From the IMG/VR virus record IMGVR_UViG_3300031452_000002: a stretch of DNA of 64,000 bases. One strand, given 5' to 3'. The position numbers and the translations under genes were made by a program. This DNA is from a virus. Below are positions 9,079-18,377 of the stretch, piece after piece; position 1 is the stretch's first letter; each line of letters begins with the position of its first letter. Below the pieces are notes generated by a model, which had not been told where the DNA came from, did not search any database, and saw nothing but the letters and a program-made list of their open reading frames with translations.

Positions 9079-9738
9079 GTGACAAGCGCACACATCGTAC
9101 ATACGAAGGAGGGTGGCGTGATTGTCGAGTTTAAGCCATCCTCCCATGCACAGAAGCGGGCGCCGCAACACGAAAAGCGGGCGCCCCGCGATGTCGTGGC
9201 CTCGACTATTGGCCAGGCCACGATACGCGAGCACGACCTAGCGCGGGTTGCCTACGACGCGTATAGCGTCACGCATCAAAGCATGAGTGGCGTTCCGTGG
9301 GACATGCTAGACGACGCCGATCAAGAGCCGTGGGTGGCCGCCGTGCAGGCCATCGCGGTACAGCAGGAGCGATACGCCATCGAGGCTGCTCAATCAGGCG
9401 TGACGTTCGTGTGGGACAAGCCCTTTCAGGCGCGAACATATGTCGGCCTGCCGAATGGGCAAAGAGAGGACCGGGATACGCGCGTGTCCTTCTGTTGGGC
9501 GTCGTGGCCGGATAAAGACGATCCCGCGCTGGCCGGGGAAGTGGAGCGCATAGGGATGCGCTTCACGCCGATGGTGTCGCGGCACGGTGGGGCGTTTACA
9601 GACGCGCTTGATGCGCGCGGCTGCACTGTGCATGGGCATCTCCATGAGCTGTACGACCTGGCCGCGTCGTGCTCATCGCTGGTGACGGCAAAGCGCATGG
9701 TGGAAACGTATGTGCGCGAGGTGGGCATATGGGGCTAG
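9079..9738 (+). CDS. Hypothetical protein (start may be GTG 9118)
   Basis: Long ORF; SD AAGGAGG before GTG 9118. Confidence 0.5.
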   Translation: MTSAHIVHTKEGGVIVEFKPSSHAQKRAPQHEKRAPRDVVASTIGQATIREHDLARVAYDAYSVTHQSMSGVPWDMLDDADQEPWVAAVQAIAVQQERYAIEAAQSGVTFVWDKPFQARTYVGLPNGQREDRDTRVSFCWASWPDKDDPALAGEVERIGMRFTPMVSRHGGAFTDALDARGCTVHGHLHELYDLAASCSSLVTAKRMVETYVREVGIWG

Positions 9739-10046
9739 CCTATTCTCCCCAATCCGAACCTATGGGCGAGGGGCGCGAATACGCGACGACTGCCGAGTAT
9801 ACCGCAGCTGTGCGGCTTGCTTACGCACGCCTGCTGTCTGAGCAGCCGACGCTGGCCGAAGTGGTGCGCCTGTGCGACGCGCACGGAATGACGCAGCGAT
9901 CTGCGGCCCAGCATCTTGGCATCAGTCCATCAGCAGCGGGGCGGTTGGTCGTGACGGGAAGGGAACGCTTAGGAACCCTCTGCGCGATGCACCCCGACCG
10001 CGTGACCTATGAGTTAAAAAACGGCGCACTGAACGAGGAGAAATAG
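9729..10046 (+). CDS. HTH-containing hypothetical protein
   Basis: MTQRSAAQHLGISPSAAGRL. Confidence 0.5.
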   Translation: MGLAYSPQSEPMGEGREYATTAEYTAAVRLAYARLLSEQPTLAEVVRLCDAHGMTQRSAAQHLGISPSAAGRLVVTGRERLGTLCAMHPDRVTYELKNGALNEEK

Positions 10047-11299
10047 ATGGTCGCACAAGAAATGAGCGATATGGTTGACTTCCCGATGCTGGCCGAGCAG
10101 GAACAGGAACACGCTGTCATCTTCGGCGCCATGAACCGACTCCTTGTGCTGCCCGAAACGGTAATACAGCGCTTGCAATTATTCACTGATGAGCAAGTGC
10201 TACAGATGCGGCAATATGCCCGTGAGTGGGGACAGAAGGCGTGGCTACTAGTACCTTTCGCCTGAAAACATTCCGCATATTCGGTGGCCCGTTCCCCCGT
10301 GAGCAGCGCGAAGATCGAGGGTCTTTTCCGCGGAGCCATTTCCGTCGGACGGTACTAGAATGCGCATGCGATGCGGAGATTAAGCGACGCGACAAGCTGC
10401 GCGGCGGTCGCGGCAACAAGGACATTGCCGGTGTCGGCTGTGTTGCAGCCATCGACCAGGCTGCAAGGGATGCTGGCGTTTCTCGTCGGACTATCTATCG
10501 AAATGCCGAAATATACGAAACCTTCTTTGAGGAAAATGATGATAAAACTATTGTCCGCGCGGACAATAGTTTACTGCTCGATGACAAGCAGTATTACAAG
10601 GAGGCACTCAACGCCCCCGATCCACATGTAGCTCTGGAGGCGATGGCCGAGCGCAAGGCCGACAATCCGTACTACTCAACACGCGACGCTCGCGAGGACG
10701 TAGAGCGCCTAAAGTTTCAGGCAAAAACGGAACGCCTTGCTGAACTGAAAGCGGCGGCCCCCGAACAAGCCGCATTATTGGCCGACTTCCCTGTTGTCTA
10801 CGCAGACCCACCATGGCGTTACGACGACAGCACGACCAGCCCCAACCGCTTTATTGAGAACCAGTACCCCACGATGGACTTGGACGAGATATGCGCCATG
10901 CCAGTTGCCTCGTGGGTCGCCAAGGACGCCATCCTGTTCCTATGGGCCACCAGTCCCAAGTTAAAAGAGGCGTTACGTGTCATGGCAGCGTGGGGATTTG
11001 TCTATCGCACAAATATGGTCTGGATTAAGGACAAGATTGGGTTAGGGCATTGGGTACGCCAGCAACACGAATTACTCCTTATTGGCCGGCGCGGCTCCTT
11101 TCCGACCCCTGACCCTTCGGTGCGTCCCTCATCCGTTATTGAGGCGCCACGCGGCGTGCATAGCGTCAAGCCAACTGAGATGTACGACACCATTGAAACG
11201 ATGTACCCCAACCTCGCCTATTTAGAGCTTTTCGCACGAACAGCTAGGCCGGGATGGACGGCTTGGGGCAATCAGGCCCCCGTAGGAGTGGCTGAATGA
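10047..11299 (+). pseudogene. MT-A70 family adenine methyltransferase with N-terminal extension, frameshifted by a 107-bp insertion
   Basis: VVYADPPWRY, YPTM, LFLWAT, HSVKP, LELFAR; removing 10252-10358 joins 10047-10250 to the MT-A70 frame (AWLLECACDAEI) as one 381-aa ORF. Confidence 0.8.
10252..10354. mobile_element. 103-bp MITE-like insertion with CTAG target duplication
   Basis: CTAG at 10248-10251 and 10355-10358; termini TACCtTtCG...CGgAcGGTA; excision restores the reading frame. Confidence 0.65.
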
Positions 11300-11916
11300 G
11301 CGCGAACGGATGGGGCATAGGGGCGACGACCCGCGTTTTTGATTTTGATGACGACCTCGCACGATCACAGACGCAAGCAAACGACCCGATGTGGCGCGAA
11401 ATCTACGTCCAGTGGTTCCCGCGATTCCGGTCGATGGAATACGTCACTGATAGTGACGGTCAGCGCAGCGGGACCGACCGGCTTGTAACACTCGCGGGCG
11501 GGGACGGGGGCGGGACCATTGTGCGTATCGAGGAGAAAATTGACTATACCTCGTACAACAACTTTTTCCTCGAAACGTGGAGCGACGCCAAGCGGCGTGT
11601 GCCGGGATGGATGGGGCACCCCCTGGACTGCGACTACATCGCCTATGCCTTCATCCAGCGCAGGCAGTGCTACTTCCTCCCGTACCAAGCGCTGCGACAC
11701 GCGTACTACGTGAACGCCCGTCGGTGGATAGACGCGTACAAGGAAAGGAAGGTGGCAAACCTGTGCGATGGGCGCTCATGGATAACCAAGGGTGTCCCCA
11801 TCCCCATCCAAACGCTACGCCAGGAGATTGAGCGAGGTTCGTATGTGGAGTGGACGGCCGAACCGCAAGCCGGCGACATGACCATACTGGACGACGACGA
11901 GGAGACCGCCGTATGA
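11296..11916 (+). CDS. Putative PD-(D/E)XK nuclease
   Basis: GTDR...IEEK pattern, then FFLETWSD...GW...CDYIAYAF; coupled to the MT-A70 gene. Confidence 0.5.
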   Translation: MSANGWGIGATTRVFDFDDDLARSQTQANDPMWREIYVQWFPRFRSMEYVTDSDGQRSGTDRLVTLAGGDGGGTIVRIEEKIDYTSYNNFFLETWSDAKRRVPGWMGHPLDCDYIAYAFIQRRQCYFLPYQALRHAYYVNARRWIDAYKERKVANLCDGRSWITKGVPIPIQTLRQEIERGSYVEWTAEPQAGDMTILDDDEETAV

Positions 11917-11920
11917 CCGC

Positions 11921-12148
11921 CTACTCACCCCGTGTAGCGCGCCGCCGTGCGAGCTGCGTGTCCTTGTACCGTACCACGTCCTCCCGCTGGAAGCGTAGCG
12001 GCTCACGCGTATGCCCCGTCCCTGTCTCCACGCGCGCTAATTCACCCCGCCGCATGATGCTATACAACGCGCTCCGCGTCATCCCTAAGTACTGCGCGGC
12101 CTCTATCCCGGTCATCAGTTCCTCTCCTGTTTCCGTTTTGTCGTCCAT
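11921..12148 (-). CDS. Excisionase/AlpA-like (HTH_17) DNA-binding protein
   Basis: LMTGIEAAQYLGMTRSALYSIMRRGEL. Confidence 0.7.
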   Translation of the reverse strand: MDDKTETGEELMTGIEAAQYLGMTRSALYSIMRRGELARVETGTGHTREPLRFQREDVVRYKDTQLARRRATRGE

Positions 12149-12212
12149 ATGCGTGTATCCCTCCGCGCACAGTTTACCAATGCACGAAAGGACTTGTTTT
12201 CTAGTTTACCTA

Positions 12213-12241
12213 TTGACGTGCAAGGCGTCAAGGGGTACACT
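12213..12241 (+). promoter_or_regulatory. sigma70-type promoter
   Basis: TTGACG-17 bp-TACACT; -35 is one arm of TTGACG-7-CGTCAA. Confidence 0.65.
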
Positions 12242-12289
12242 AGGGTAGTTACCTATTTACTTATTTACATGGCAAACAGGAGGGGCGGA

Positions 12290-12529
12290 ATGGTCCAGGT
12301 GAAGGCATCAAACAGTCGATTGCGGGCGCAAGGCGCAACGTCCGGCGACATTACCGTCGCGCTCGAACGCTGGCTACGTGCACCTGATAACGCCTACGAC
12401 CCGCTCAACACGAAGGACGTGGACGGTACCATACGCGATTACCTCGCCGTAGAGGCGATCACGTCGATGCAAGGCCGCCATCTCCGCAGTGTGTGGTCCA
12501 ACTTACAGGAGGCAGGTCATGGCGTTTAA
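12290..12529 (+). CDS. Hypothetical protein
   Basis: SD AGGAGG; first gene after the promoter. Confidence 0.55.
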   Translation: MVQVKASNSRLRAQGATSGDITVALERWLRAPDNAYDPLNTKDVDGTIRDYLAVEAITSMQGRHLRSVWSNLQEAGHGV

Positions 12530-13091
12530 TCCCTCCGAACATTTGAGATCGCTCAAAGGGCAGCAGTACCTTGACGTGAAGTGGCGCCTTGTGTGGCTCT
12601 CGGAAGAGTGCCCTCATTACCGCATCTCAACGGAGTTGATTAAGTACGTGCCCGAAGAGAAGATGTGGATTTTCAAGGCCCGTGTGGACATCTTCGACGA
12701 CAACGGTCAACTGATTAAAAGCGCCGAGGGGACGGGGCAAGAGACCGAGAAGGATTTCCCGTCCGGTCCCTGTGAGAAGGCGGAAACCAAAGCGTTAGGG
12801 CGTGCGTTGGCGCATATCGGATTTGGGACACAATTCGCAACCGAGATTGACGAGGGCGACAGGGTTGTAGACTCGCCCGTTAATCGATCTAGCCCCGCTA
12901 GCGGTCGATCCTCCGATAAAACAACGACAAAACAAAGCGACGCGAAATCTCTACTGACTGAGGTCAACGCGCTGTTTGAGTCCGATCCCGACGCCGCATC
13001 AAAACTGCCAAAGCCAGCGTTACAGATGACCCACGAAGAATTAACCAAGACGCTGACCTGGCTGCAAGGTAGGGCGCGACAGCGCCAATAA
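12519..13091 (+). CDS. Sak/Rad52-like single-strand annealing protein
   Basis: YLDVKWRLVW...GTGQE...EKAETKALGRALAHIGFG. Confidence 0.7.
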   Translation: MAFNPSEHLRSLKGQQYLDVKWRLVWLSEECPHYRISTELIKYVPEEKMWIFKARVDIFDDNGQLIKSAEGTGQETEKDFPSGPCEKAETKALGRALAHIGFGTQFATEIDEGDRVVDSPVNRSSPASGRSSDKTTTKQSDAKSLLTEVNALFESDPDAASKLPKPALQMTHEELTKTLTWLQGRARQRQ

Positions 13092-13166
13092 CGTCAGCGC
13101 GGGGCCGTGCCAACCGCCAAGAAGCCACGGTCCCGCTCGCCCCACCCGCTCACACGAGGAGGCAAC

Positions 13167-13493
13167 ATGAGCCTAACAGAAATGCCGTCCTATACCATTC
13201 CCCCCGGCTACGAGGTTGTACGCGGGGAAACCCTGCCACTCGTTAAGGTGCCGCTGCTGACGTATTGGGATGAACCTACACAACGCTGGACATTCATCTC
13301 GCCTGCATGGCAAGACGACATGGCTGCTGTCCACGAGAAATGGCTGCGTTCACGCGAGTACGAGACTAATGAGGATCTAAGGCGCGAAGTCCACACAGCC
13401 ATAACCGCCGATGAGGCCAGCAACTGTATCTCACCCGCGCACGCCAAGCACCTACGCGGCGTATGGTCGGACGTGACGGGCGGTGTGCGATGA
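13167..13493 (+). CDS. Hypothetical protein
   Basis: SD GAGGAGG; C-terminal motif shared with 12290-12529. Confidence 0.55.
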   Translation: MSLTEMPSYTIPPGYEVVRGETLPLVKVPLLTYWDEPTQRWTFISPAWQDDMAAVHEKWLRSREYETNEDLRREVHTAITADEASNCISPAHAKHLRGVWSDVTGGVR

Positions 13494-14455
13494 GCCCACT
13501 AACAGAGCGCGCACGGCGCTTCATCGACGCGGGTATCGGCGTCCTCTCCGTGCGCACGGACGGCACGAAACGTCCGACACTGCCTGAATGGGCCTTCCTG
13601 CAAGGACGATTCGCCACGCTAGACGAGATCACCGACTGGTTCAACACGCCCGCCGGCATAGCGCTCGTGTGCGGGGGCGTGAGCGGCAACCTAGAGGCCC
13701 TGGACATCGACGCGCCGTCACTGGTGGACGAATGGATCATGGCCGTGGGTCGCCTGCACGCGGGACTTGTGGAGCGCCTGGTCTATGTCGAGACGCCCAC
13801 GGGGGGGGCGCACTTCTGGTACCGCCACATGGATGCCCCAATGGGCAACAAGAAACTCGCACAAGAGTTGCGGACGGACGACAACGGACGCCCACGCCCG
13901 TACACGCTCATCGAGACGCGCGGGCAGGGGGGCTACGCCATCGCGCCCGGATCGCCCGCCGCATGCCATACGACGGGCCGCACCTACGACCTCAAGCGCG
14001 GGTCGTTTGGGGACGTACCCCGCCTCACCATAGGCGAACGACTGTGCCTTTTAGACGCGGCGCGTGGGTTGGGAACATGGACGCCGCCGGCGCCCATCGC
14101 GCATTTCCCGCGCGGCGAACAATCGGGGGATCGGCCCGGTGACGTCTTCAATGCGGAGGCGCGCTGGGACATCATCCTCGGCCCGCATGGTTGGCGCGTC
14201 GATCACGCGGCTGGCGACGAGACGTTCTGGCGTCGCCCCGGCAAGGGCGACGGGCAGAGCGCCACGACTGGCTATGCGGGCTCCAACGTCCTCTACGTCT
14301 TTTCCAGCAACGCCTACCCGTTCGAGCCGGAGCAGAGCTATACGCCCTTCGCGGCCTACGCGCTCCTTGAACACGGAGGCGACTATCAGGCGGCGGCGCG
14401 CGCGCTCAAGGGCAAGGGCTACGGCGCGGCACCGAGAGCGGCGGTGGGCGCATGA
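13490..14455 (+). CDS. Bifunctional DNA primase/polymerase (prim-pol), no fused helicase
   Basis: DGTKRP, GIALVCGGVSGNLEALDID, VETPTGGAHFWY, IETRGQGGYAIAPGS. Confidence 0.8.
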   Translation: MSPLTERARRFIDAGIGVLSVRTDGTKRPTLPEWAFLQGRFATLDEITDWFNTPAGIALVCGGVSGNLEALDIDAPSLVDEWIMAVGRLHAGLVERLVYVETPTGGAHFWYRHMDAPMGNKKLAQELRTDDNGRPRPYTLIETRGQGGYAIAPGSPAACHTTGRTYDLKRGSFGDVPRLTIGERLCLLDAARGLGTWTPPAPIAHFPRGEQSGDRPGDVFNAEARWDIILGPHGWRVDHAAGDETFWRRPGKGDGQSATTGYAGSNVLYVFSSNAYPFEPEQSYTPFAAYALLEHGGDYQAAARALKGKGYGAAPRAAVGA

Positions 14456-14898
14456 GCCGCTACGAGGCATCTGAGGCCACGGTCAACGTCTGGTGCGGCG
14501 ACGTGATCGCCGTCACCTGGCGTAGCGGGGCGTACTTCGTGGAGATCCTGCGCACGTTCCGGGCGGCGTTCCCGTCGGCGCGCTACGACGGCGATCACAA
14601 AGAGTGGCTGCTTGATCGGTCGTGGGCGACCCCGCTCAATGCGTGGCTACAGCAGTACTTCGAGGCCCAGGCTATCGCATGGCAGGAGGAGTCTCCCACA
14701 CCAAGCGACGCGTCGTACATTGCTGACGCCTATGCGGCGCTCCATCTCACGACAGATGCCCCGACATGGGCAGTGGAAGCTATCTACAAAGCTGCTATGA
14801 AGGTCCATCACCCCGACCACGGCGGCAATCACGATGAGGCCGTGCGCGTCAACGCGGCTATCGACACAATCCGCGCCTATAACGCGCGGCGTAATTAA
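14452..14898 (+). CDS. Protein with C-terminal DnaJ-like J domain
   Basis: AYAALHL...YKAAMKVHHPDHGG...VNAAIDTI (HPD motif). Confidence 0.7.
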   Translation: MSRYEASEATVNVWCGDVIAVTWRSGAYFVEILRTFRAAFPSARYDGDHKEWLLDRSWATPLNAWLQQYFEAQAIAWQEESPTPSDASYIADAYAALHLTTDAPTWAVEAIYKAAMKVHHPDHGGNHDEAVRVNAAIDTIRAYNARRN

Positions 14899-14913
14899 TA
14901 GGAAAACAGAATC

Positions 14914-16182
14914 GTGATGAACACTTTTTACCCGAACACGACGCAATTCCCCGATGAACTGCTTGACTACTGGATGGCCCACGTATCACACGCCGAATGG
15001 AAAGTCCTGTGTTACATCGTGCGGCATACCTACGGGTTCCGTAAGAGTGCGGACAGCATCAGCTTCACGCAGTTTGCCGACGGCATGAAGCGTTCGGACG
15101 GATCCTATATCAATCACGGATGCGGCATTAAATCCCACGCAACATTATCATCCGCGCTGACCGAATTGGAAAAGCGTGGCCTCGTCGGTCGTACCATCTC
15201 TCCCAAGGTTAAGGGGGTCAAGACGGCCACAACGCTCTATGAGTTTAAGCCGCTCGCGCGGGATCAAGACAACGGGCGACTATACATTGTGGACAAGGAG
15301 CCGGGGGCGTTCACTGAGCGAACCCCTAAAGATGATGTTACTAGTTCACTGAGCGAACCCCAGGCGTTCACTGAGCGAACTAGTAGCCAGTTCACTGAGC
15401 GAACCCCCCCTAGTTCACTGAGCGAACACACAACACCCACGTTCACAACACCCACACAACACCCACAGGCACAAGAGACGGGCGCTAACGCGCCGACCGC
15501 CCGCTCGGTGGAACCTGTTGAGGATTTGCCGGAGTGGGGACCGGCGGTGGTGGCCCCATGGACGATTGACGCTGAAACGCCCCAGCCCATGATGGAAGAC
15601 ATCCCGGCTACGCCCCCGGTCACAGCGACGACATCGAAGTCCAGCCGGAAGGCAACGCTCCAGCAATCCGAGCCGGAGATCTACACCTGCCGCGAGGCGA
15701 TCAAGGCGCGGTACTTCGAGCGCTACACAGCCGAGACGTGGGATACCCTGGCCCGCTCCAAGCAGACCTACGCTAACGACGACGCGGAGCGTATCGCCCG
15801 CGTCTGCGTTGACCTGGACGAGGCGTACGGCCTGATGCAGGCGGTGTGGGACGAACGGTGGAGTAACGGGACGTACCCCAACCGCGCCCCATTCAAGTTG
15901 TCTAGGTGCCCTGAGAAGCTGAAGGCGTACCGCAACGGCTTGCTGACGGCGACAGCGACGCCGCGCCCCTCGAACGTCGGTCGCCCCGCCGACTCCCAGG
16001 TCGGCACAGGGCGCAAGGATGGCTTGCGCTACAACCCCATCCCGCAGTACTACTCATGCGACCGCGGTATCGGCAATCGCCTGGGGTGCGGCTTCGCGGA
16101 AGGTTTCTCGCACGAGACGGAGACGTGCGGACGTACCGGCATCGTGACGCCGGGGGAGGAGACGACCCGTGCAGCTTCATAA
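14914..16182 (+). CDS. Phage replication initiator (O-like)
   Basis: EWKVLCYIVRHTYGF...ISFTQF...LSSALTELEKRGLV winged helix; internal iterons; upstream of DnaC/DnaB. Confidence 0.75.
   Translation: MMNTFYPNTTQFPDELLDYWMAHVSHAEWKVLCYIVRHTYGFRKSADSISFTQFADGMKRSDGSYINHGCGIKSHATLSSALTELEKRGLVGRTISPKVKGVKTATTLYEFKPLARDQDNGRLYIVDKEPGAFTERTPKDDVTSSLSEPQAFTERTSSQFTERTPPSSLSEHTTPTFTTPTQHPQAQETGANAPTARSVEPVEDLPEWGPAVVAPWTIDAETPQPMMEDIPATPPVTATTSKSSRKATLQQSEPEIYTCREAIKARYFERYTAETWDTLARSKQTYANDDAERIARVCVDLDEAYGLMQAVWDERWSNGTYPNRAPFKLSRCPEKLKAYRNGLLTATATPRPSNVGRPADSQVGTGRKDGLRYNPIPQYYSCDRGIGNRLGCGFAEGFSHETETCGRTGIVTPGEETTRAAS
15309..15427. repeat. Five exact copies of GTTCACTGAGCGAAC; candidate replication origin iterons
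   Basis: Copies start at 15309, 15344, 15366, 15390 and 15413, inside the initiator gene. Confidence 0.8.
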
Positions 16183-17017
16183 CCGAGCACTTTCGCCCGA
16201 CGACGACGACGGGTGCGCCATCTGTCACGGTGGCCTGTTCGTGCTCCGTGGGGGCGACGGGACGCGCTACCCCTGTGTGTGCGGCGCGGAGCGCATCCGC
16301 TGCCACAAACTCGTGGCCGACTCGCTCGACGCGATTCCTGGCGCAACCGACGCCGACGGCTGGCTCGTGCCGGCCGTACCGACGCTTGACGAGATGACGC
16401 CAAACATGATGCAGCGGCGTGTCTACCTGACCGCCCGTCGCTTTGTGGACGACCCGTCGTTCAGCGTTCTCCTGCTCGGTGATTATGGTCTCGGAAAAAC
16501 GCGCGTGATGCACGGCATGGCCCTGGCTTTGTGTGCGCACCCCGACGTGCGGGTGCAGCCGCGCTACGTTAAGGCGTCGGCTATGGCCGAGCACATCAAA
16601 GCCGGGATAGACGACGGCACGGCGACGGCGCGCGCGCTGTCTTTCGTGGCGGCTCCTGTCCTGTTCGTCGACGACCTGGGGGCGCACTACGACACGGCCT
16701 ACGTCAGCCAGAAAATGCAGGACGTACTCGACGCGCGCTACGAACGTCACGCGCCCACGGTCGTCAGCAGCAACCAGGGTCTGACCGACATGGGCGGGCG
16801 CCTCGGGGACCGCTTCCTCGACCGCGCGGTCTACACCATCCACGCGCTGCGCGGGGAGAGCGTCCGCGAGAGCGGCATCAGGGGACGCCTGCCGTCGTGG
16901 CGGGAACGCCCGCCCATCGAGGGCGGTCCCGAGACGCCGCTGCACAAGTTCCGTGACCGGCAGGCGATCTGCAATCGTTGCGACACCCGCCCGTGCCAGT
17001 GCGAGGCCCGGTCATGA
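16169..17017 (+). CDS. DnaC/IstB-like helicase loader ATPase
   Basis: CAIC...CVC zinc motif, GDYGLGKT, LFVDDLG, TVVSSN, RLGDR. Confidence 0.85.
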   Translation: MQLHNRALSPDDDDGCAICHGGLFVLRGGDGTRYPCVCGAERIRCHKLVADSLDAIPGATDADGWLVPAVPTLDEMTPNMMQRRVYLTARRFVDDPSFSVLLLGDYGLGKTRVMHGMALALCAHPDVRVQPRYVKASAMAEHIKAGIDDGTATARALSFVAAPVLFVDDLGAHYDTAYVSQKMQDVLDARYERHAPTVVSSNQGLTDMGGRLGDRFLDRAVYTIHALRGESVRESGIRGRLPSWRERPPIEGGPETPLHKFRDRQAICNRCDTRPCQCEARS

Positions 17018-18354
17018 GTGACCGCGATGACGTGCTGGAGCGGCGGTTCGTGAGTCCGGAGCTTGAGCGGGCCGTGCTCGGTGGACTTCTCGACCATGAC
17101 GGGGCCTATGCTCTTGTGCGCGACCTGCTAGCCCCTGGCGACTTCCACGACGCCCTGCACGCGTCGCTCTACGCCCTCATGGCCGACATGTGCGACCGCG
17201 ACATCGCGCTCGATGTGCATACGGTCGCCTACGAGGCCGTCACACGTCGCATCGCGGGCTATGAAGGCGCCCCGACATTGCGCGCCTTGGTGGAGGCGAC
17301 GCCCGACCCGACGCACGTCAAGGATCACGCGCGCATCGTGGCCGACTTGGCGAGTCGGCGCCGCCTCCTCAACGTGGCGCGCCGTACACAGGAACGGCTG
17401 CTGTCGGGTATGGAAGAGGATGCCGCCGCGCTGCAACAGGAGGCGCGCGAGTTGTTCGCCGGGGCCGTGGCCGCGCCGCGCGCGTCGCTTGAGGACGCGT
17501 CATATCGCAGCGTGGGCGCCCGCTTCCTTGAGCGGTTGCGGACGCCATCCGACCAACGCCCCCCGTCATTGGCGACGGGGCTATCCGACCTCGACGCATT
17601 GCTGAAAGGTGGCCTGCGGCAGACGGAGTTCGTGGTGATCGGGGCCAGGCCGGGCTTGGGTAAGACGGCGTTGATGCTGACCCTGGCGCACAACATGGCG
17701 CGCGAGGGGCGGCATGTGGCGATCTTCTCACTGGAGATGCCGGAGGATCAGCTATGGCTCCGCATGCTGGCGCTGGAGACGAGCATCCCGTTGTCGGACG
17801 TTGAGGAGGCCGACCCGTCGTCGCGCTGGTATAGCGCGCTTGAGGTGGGGACGGCGCGCCTGGTTGAGCACGAGGGCCATGTGTTCGACCATCCGGTCCA
17901 ATCGGTCGCGGACATCATGGCGTCCGTGATGGCGCTGCGCGAACGCGGTCAACTGGACGTGGTGATGGTCGATTACATCCAGATCGTCGCGGGCACAGGC
18001 GAAGGGTCGCGGCATCAAGACGTGGCGCGCATCGCGCGCGACTTGAAGTCAATGGCGCGCTTGATGTGTGTGCCCGTCATCGCGCTATCGCAGGTCAATC
18101 GTGCGGTGGATACGAGGGCCGACCATCGCCCCATGCTGGCCGATTTGCGCGAATCGGGCGACATCGAAGCTGAGGCGGATGCGGTGTTGTTTCCCTACCG
18201 AGAGCACGCCTACACCAAGACGCCGGAGTTTGAGCGGCACGCCGAGATAGAGGTTGCTAAGAGGCGTAACGGCCCGACGGGTCGTGTGCAGATCGAGTGG
18301 ATAGGTAATCAGACACGGTTCAGGAGCATCCCGACGGACCATTATCCGTTTTAG
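17014..18354 (+). CDS. dnaB: Replicative DNA helicase
   Basis: ERAVLGGLL, GARPGLGKT, FSLEM, VDYIQ, LSQVNR, DLRESGDIE, KRRNGPTG. Confidence 0.93.
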   Translation: MSDRDDVLERRFVSPELERAVLGGLLDHDGAYALVRDLLAPGDFHDALHASLYALMADMCDRDIALDVHTVAYEAVTRRIAGYEGAPTLRALVEATPDPTHVKDHARIVADLASRRRLLNVARRTQERLLSGMEEDAAALQQEARELFAGAVAAPRASLEDASYRSVGARFLERLRTPSDQRPPSLATGLSDLDALLKGGLRQTEFVVIGARPGLGKTALMLTLAHNMAREGRHVAIFSLEMPEDQLWLRMLALETSIPLSDVEEADPSSRWYSALEVGTARLVEHEGHVFDHPVQSVADIMASVMALRERGQLDVVMVDYIQIVAGTGEGSRHQDVARIARDLKSMARLMCVPVIALSQVNRAVDTRADHRPMLADLRESGDIEAEADAVLFPYREHAYTKTPEFERHAEIEVAKRRNGPTGRVQIEWIGNQTRFRSIPTDHYPF

Positions 18355-18377
18355 GCGAAGGCGAGAGGAGGAGAGAG

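Noticed and set aside
15309-15427. Possible mini-CRISPR from the 15-bp repeats
   Set aside because: Repeats too short, gaps only 7-20 bp, and inside the initiator gene; iterons fit better.
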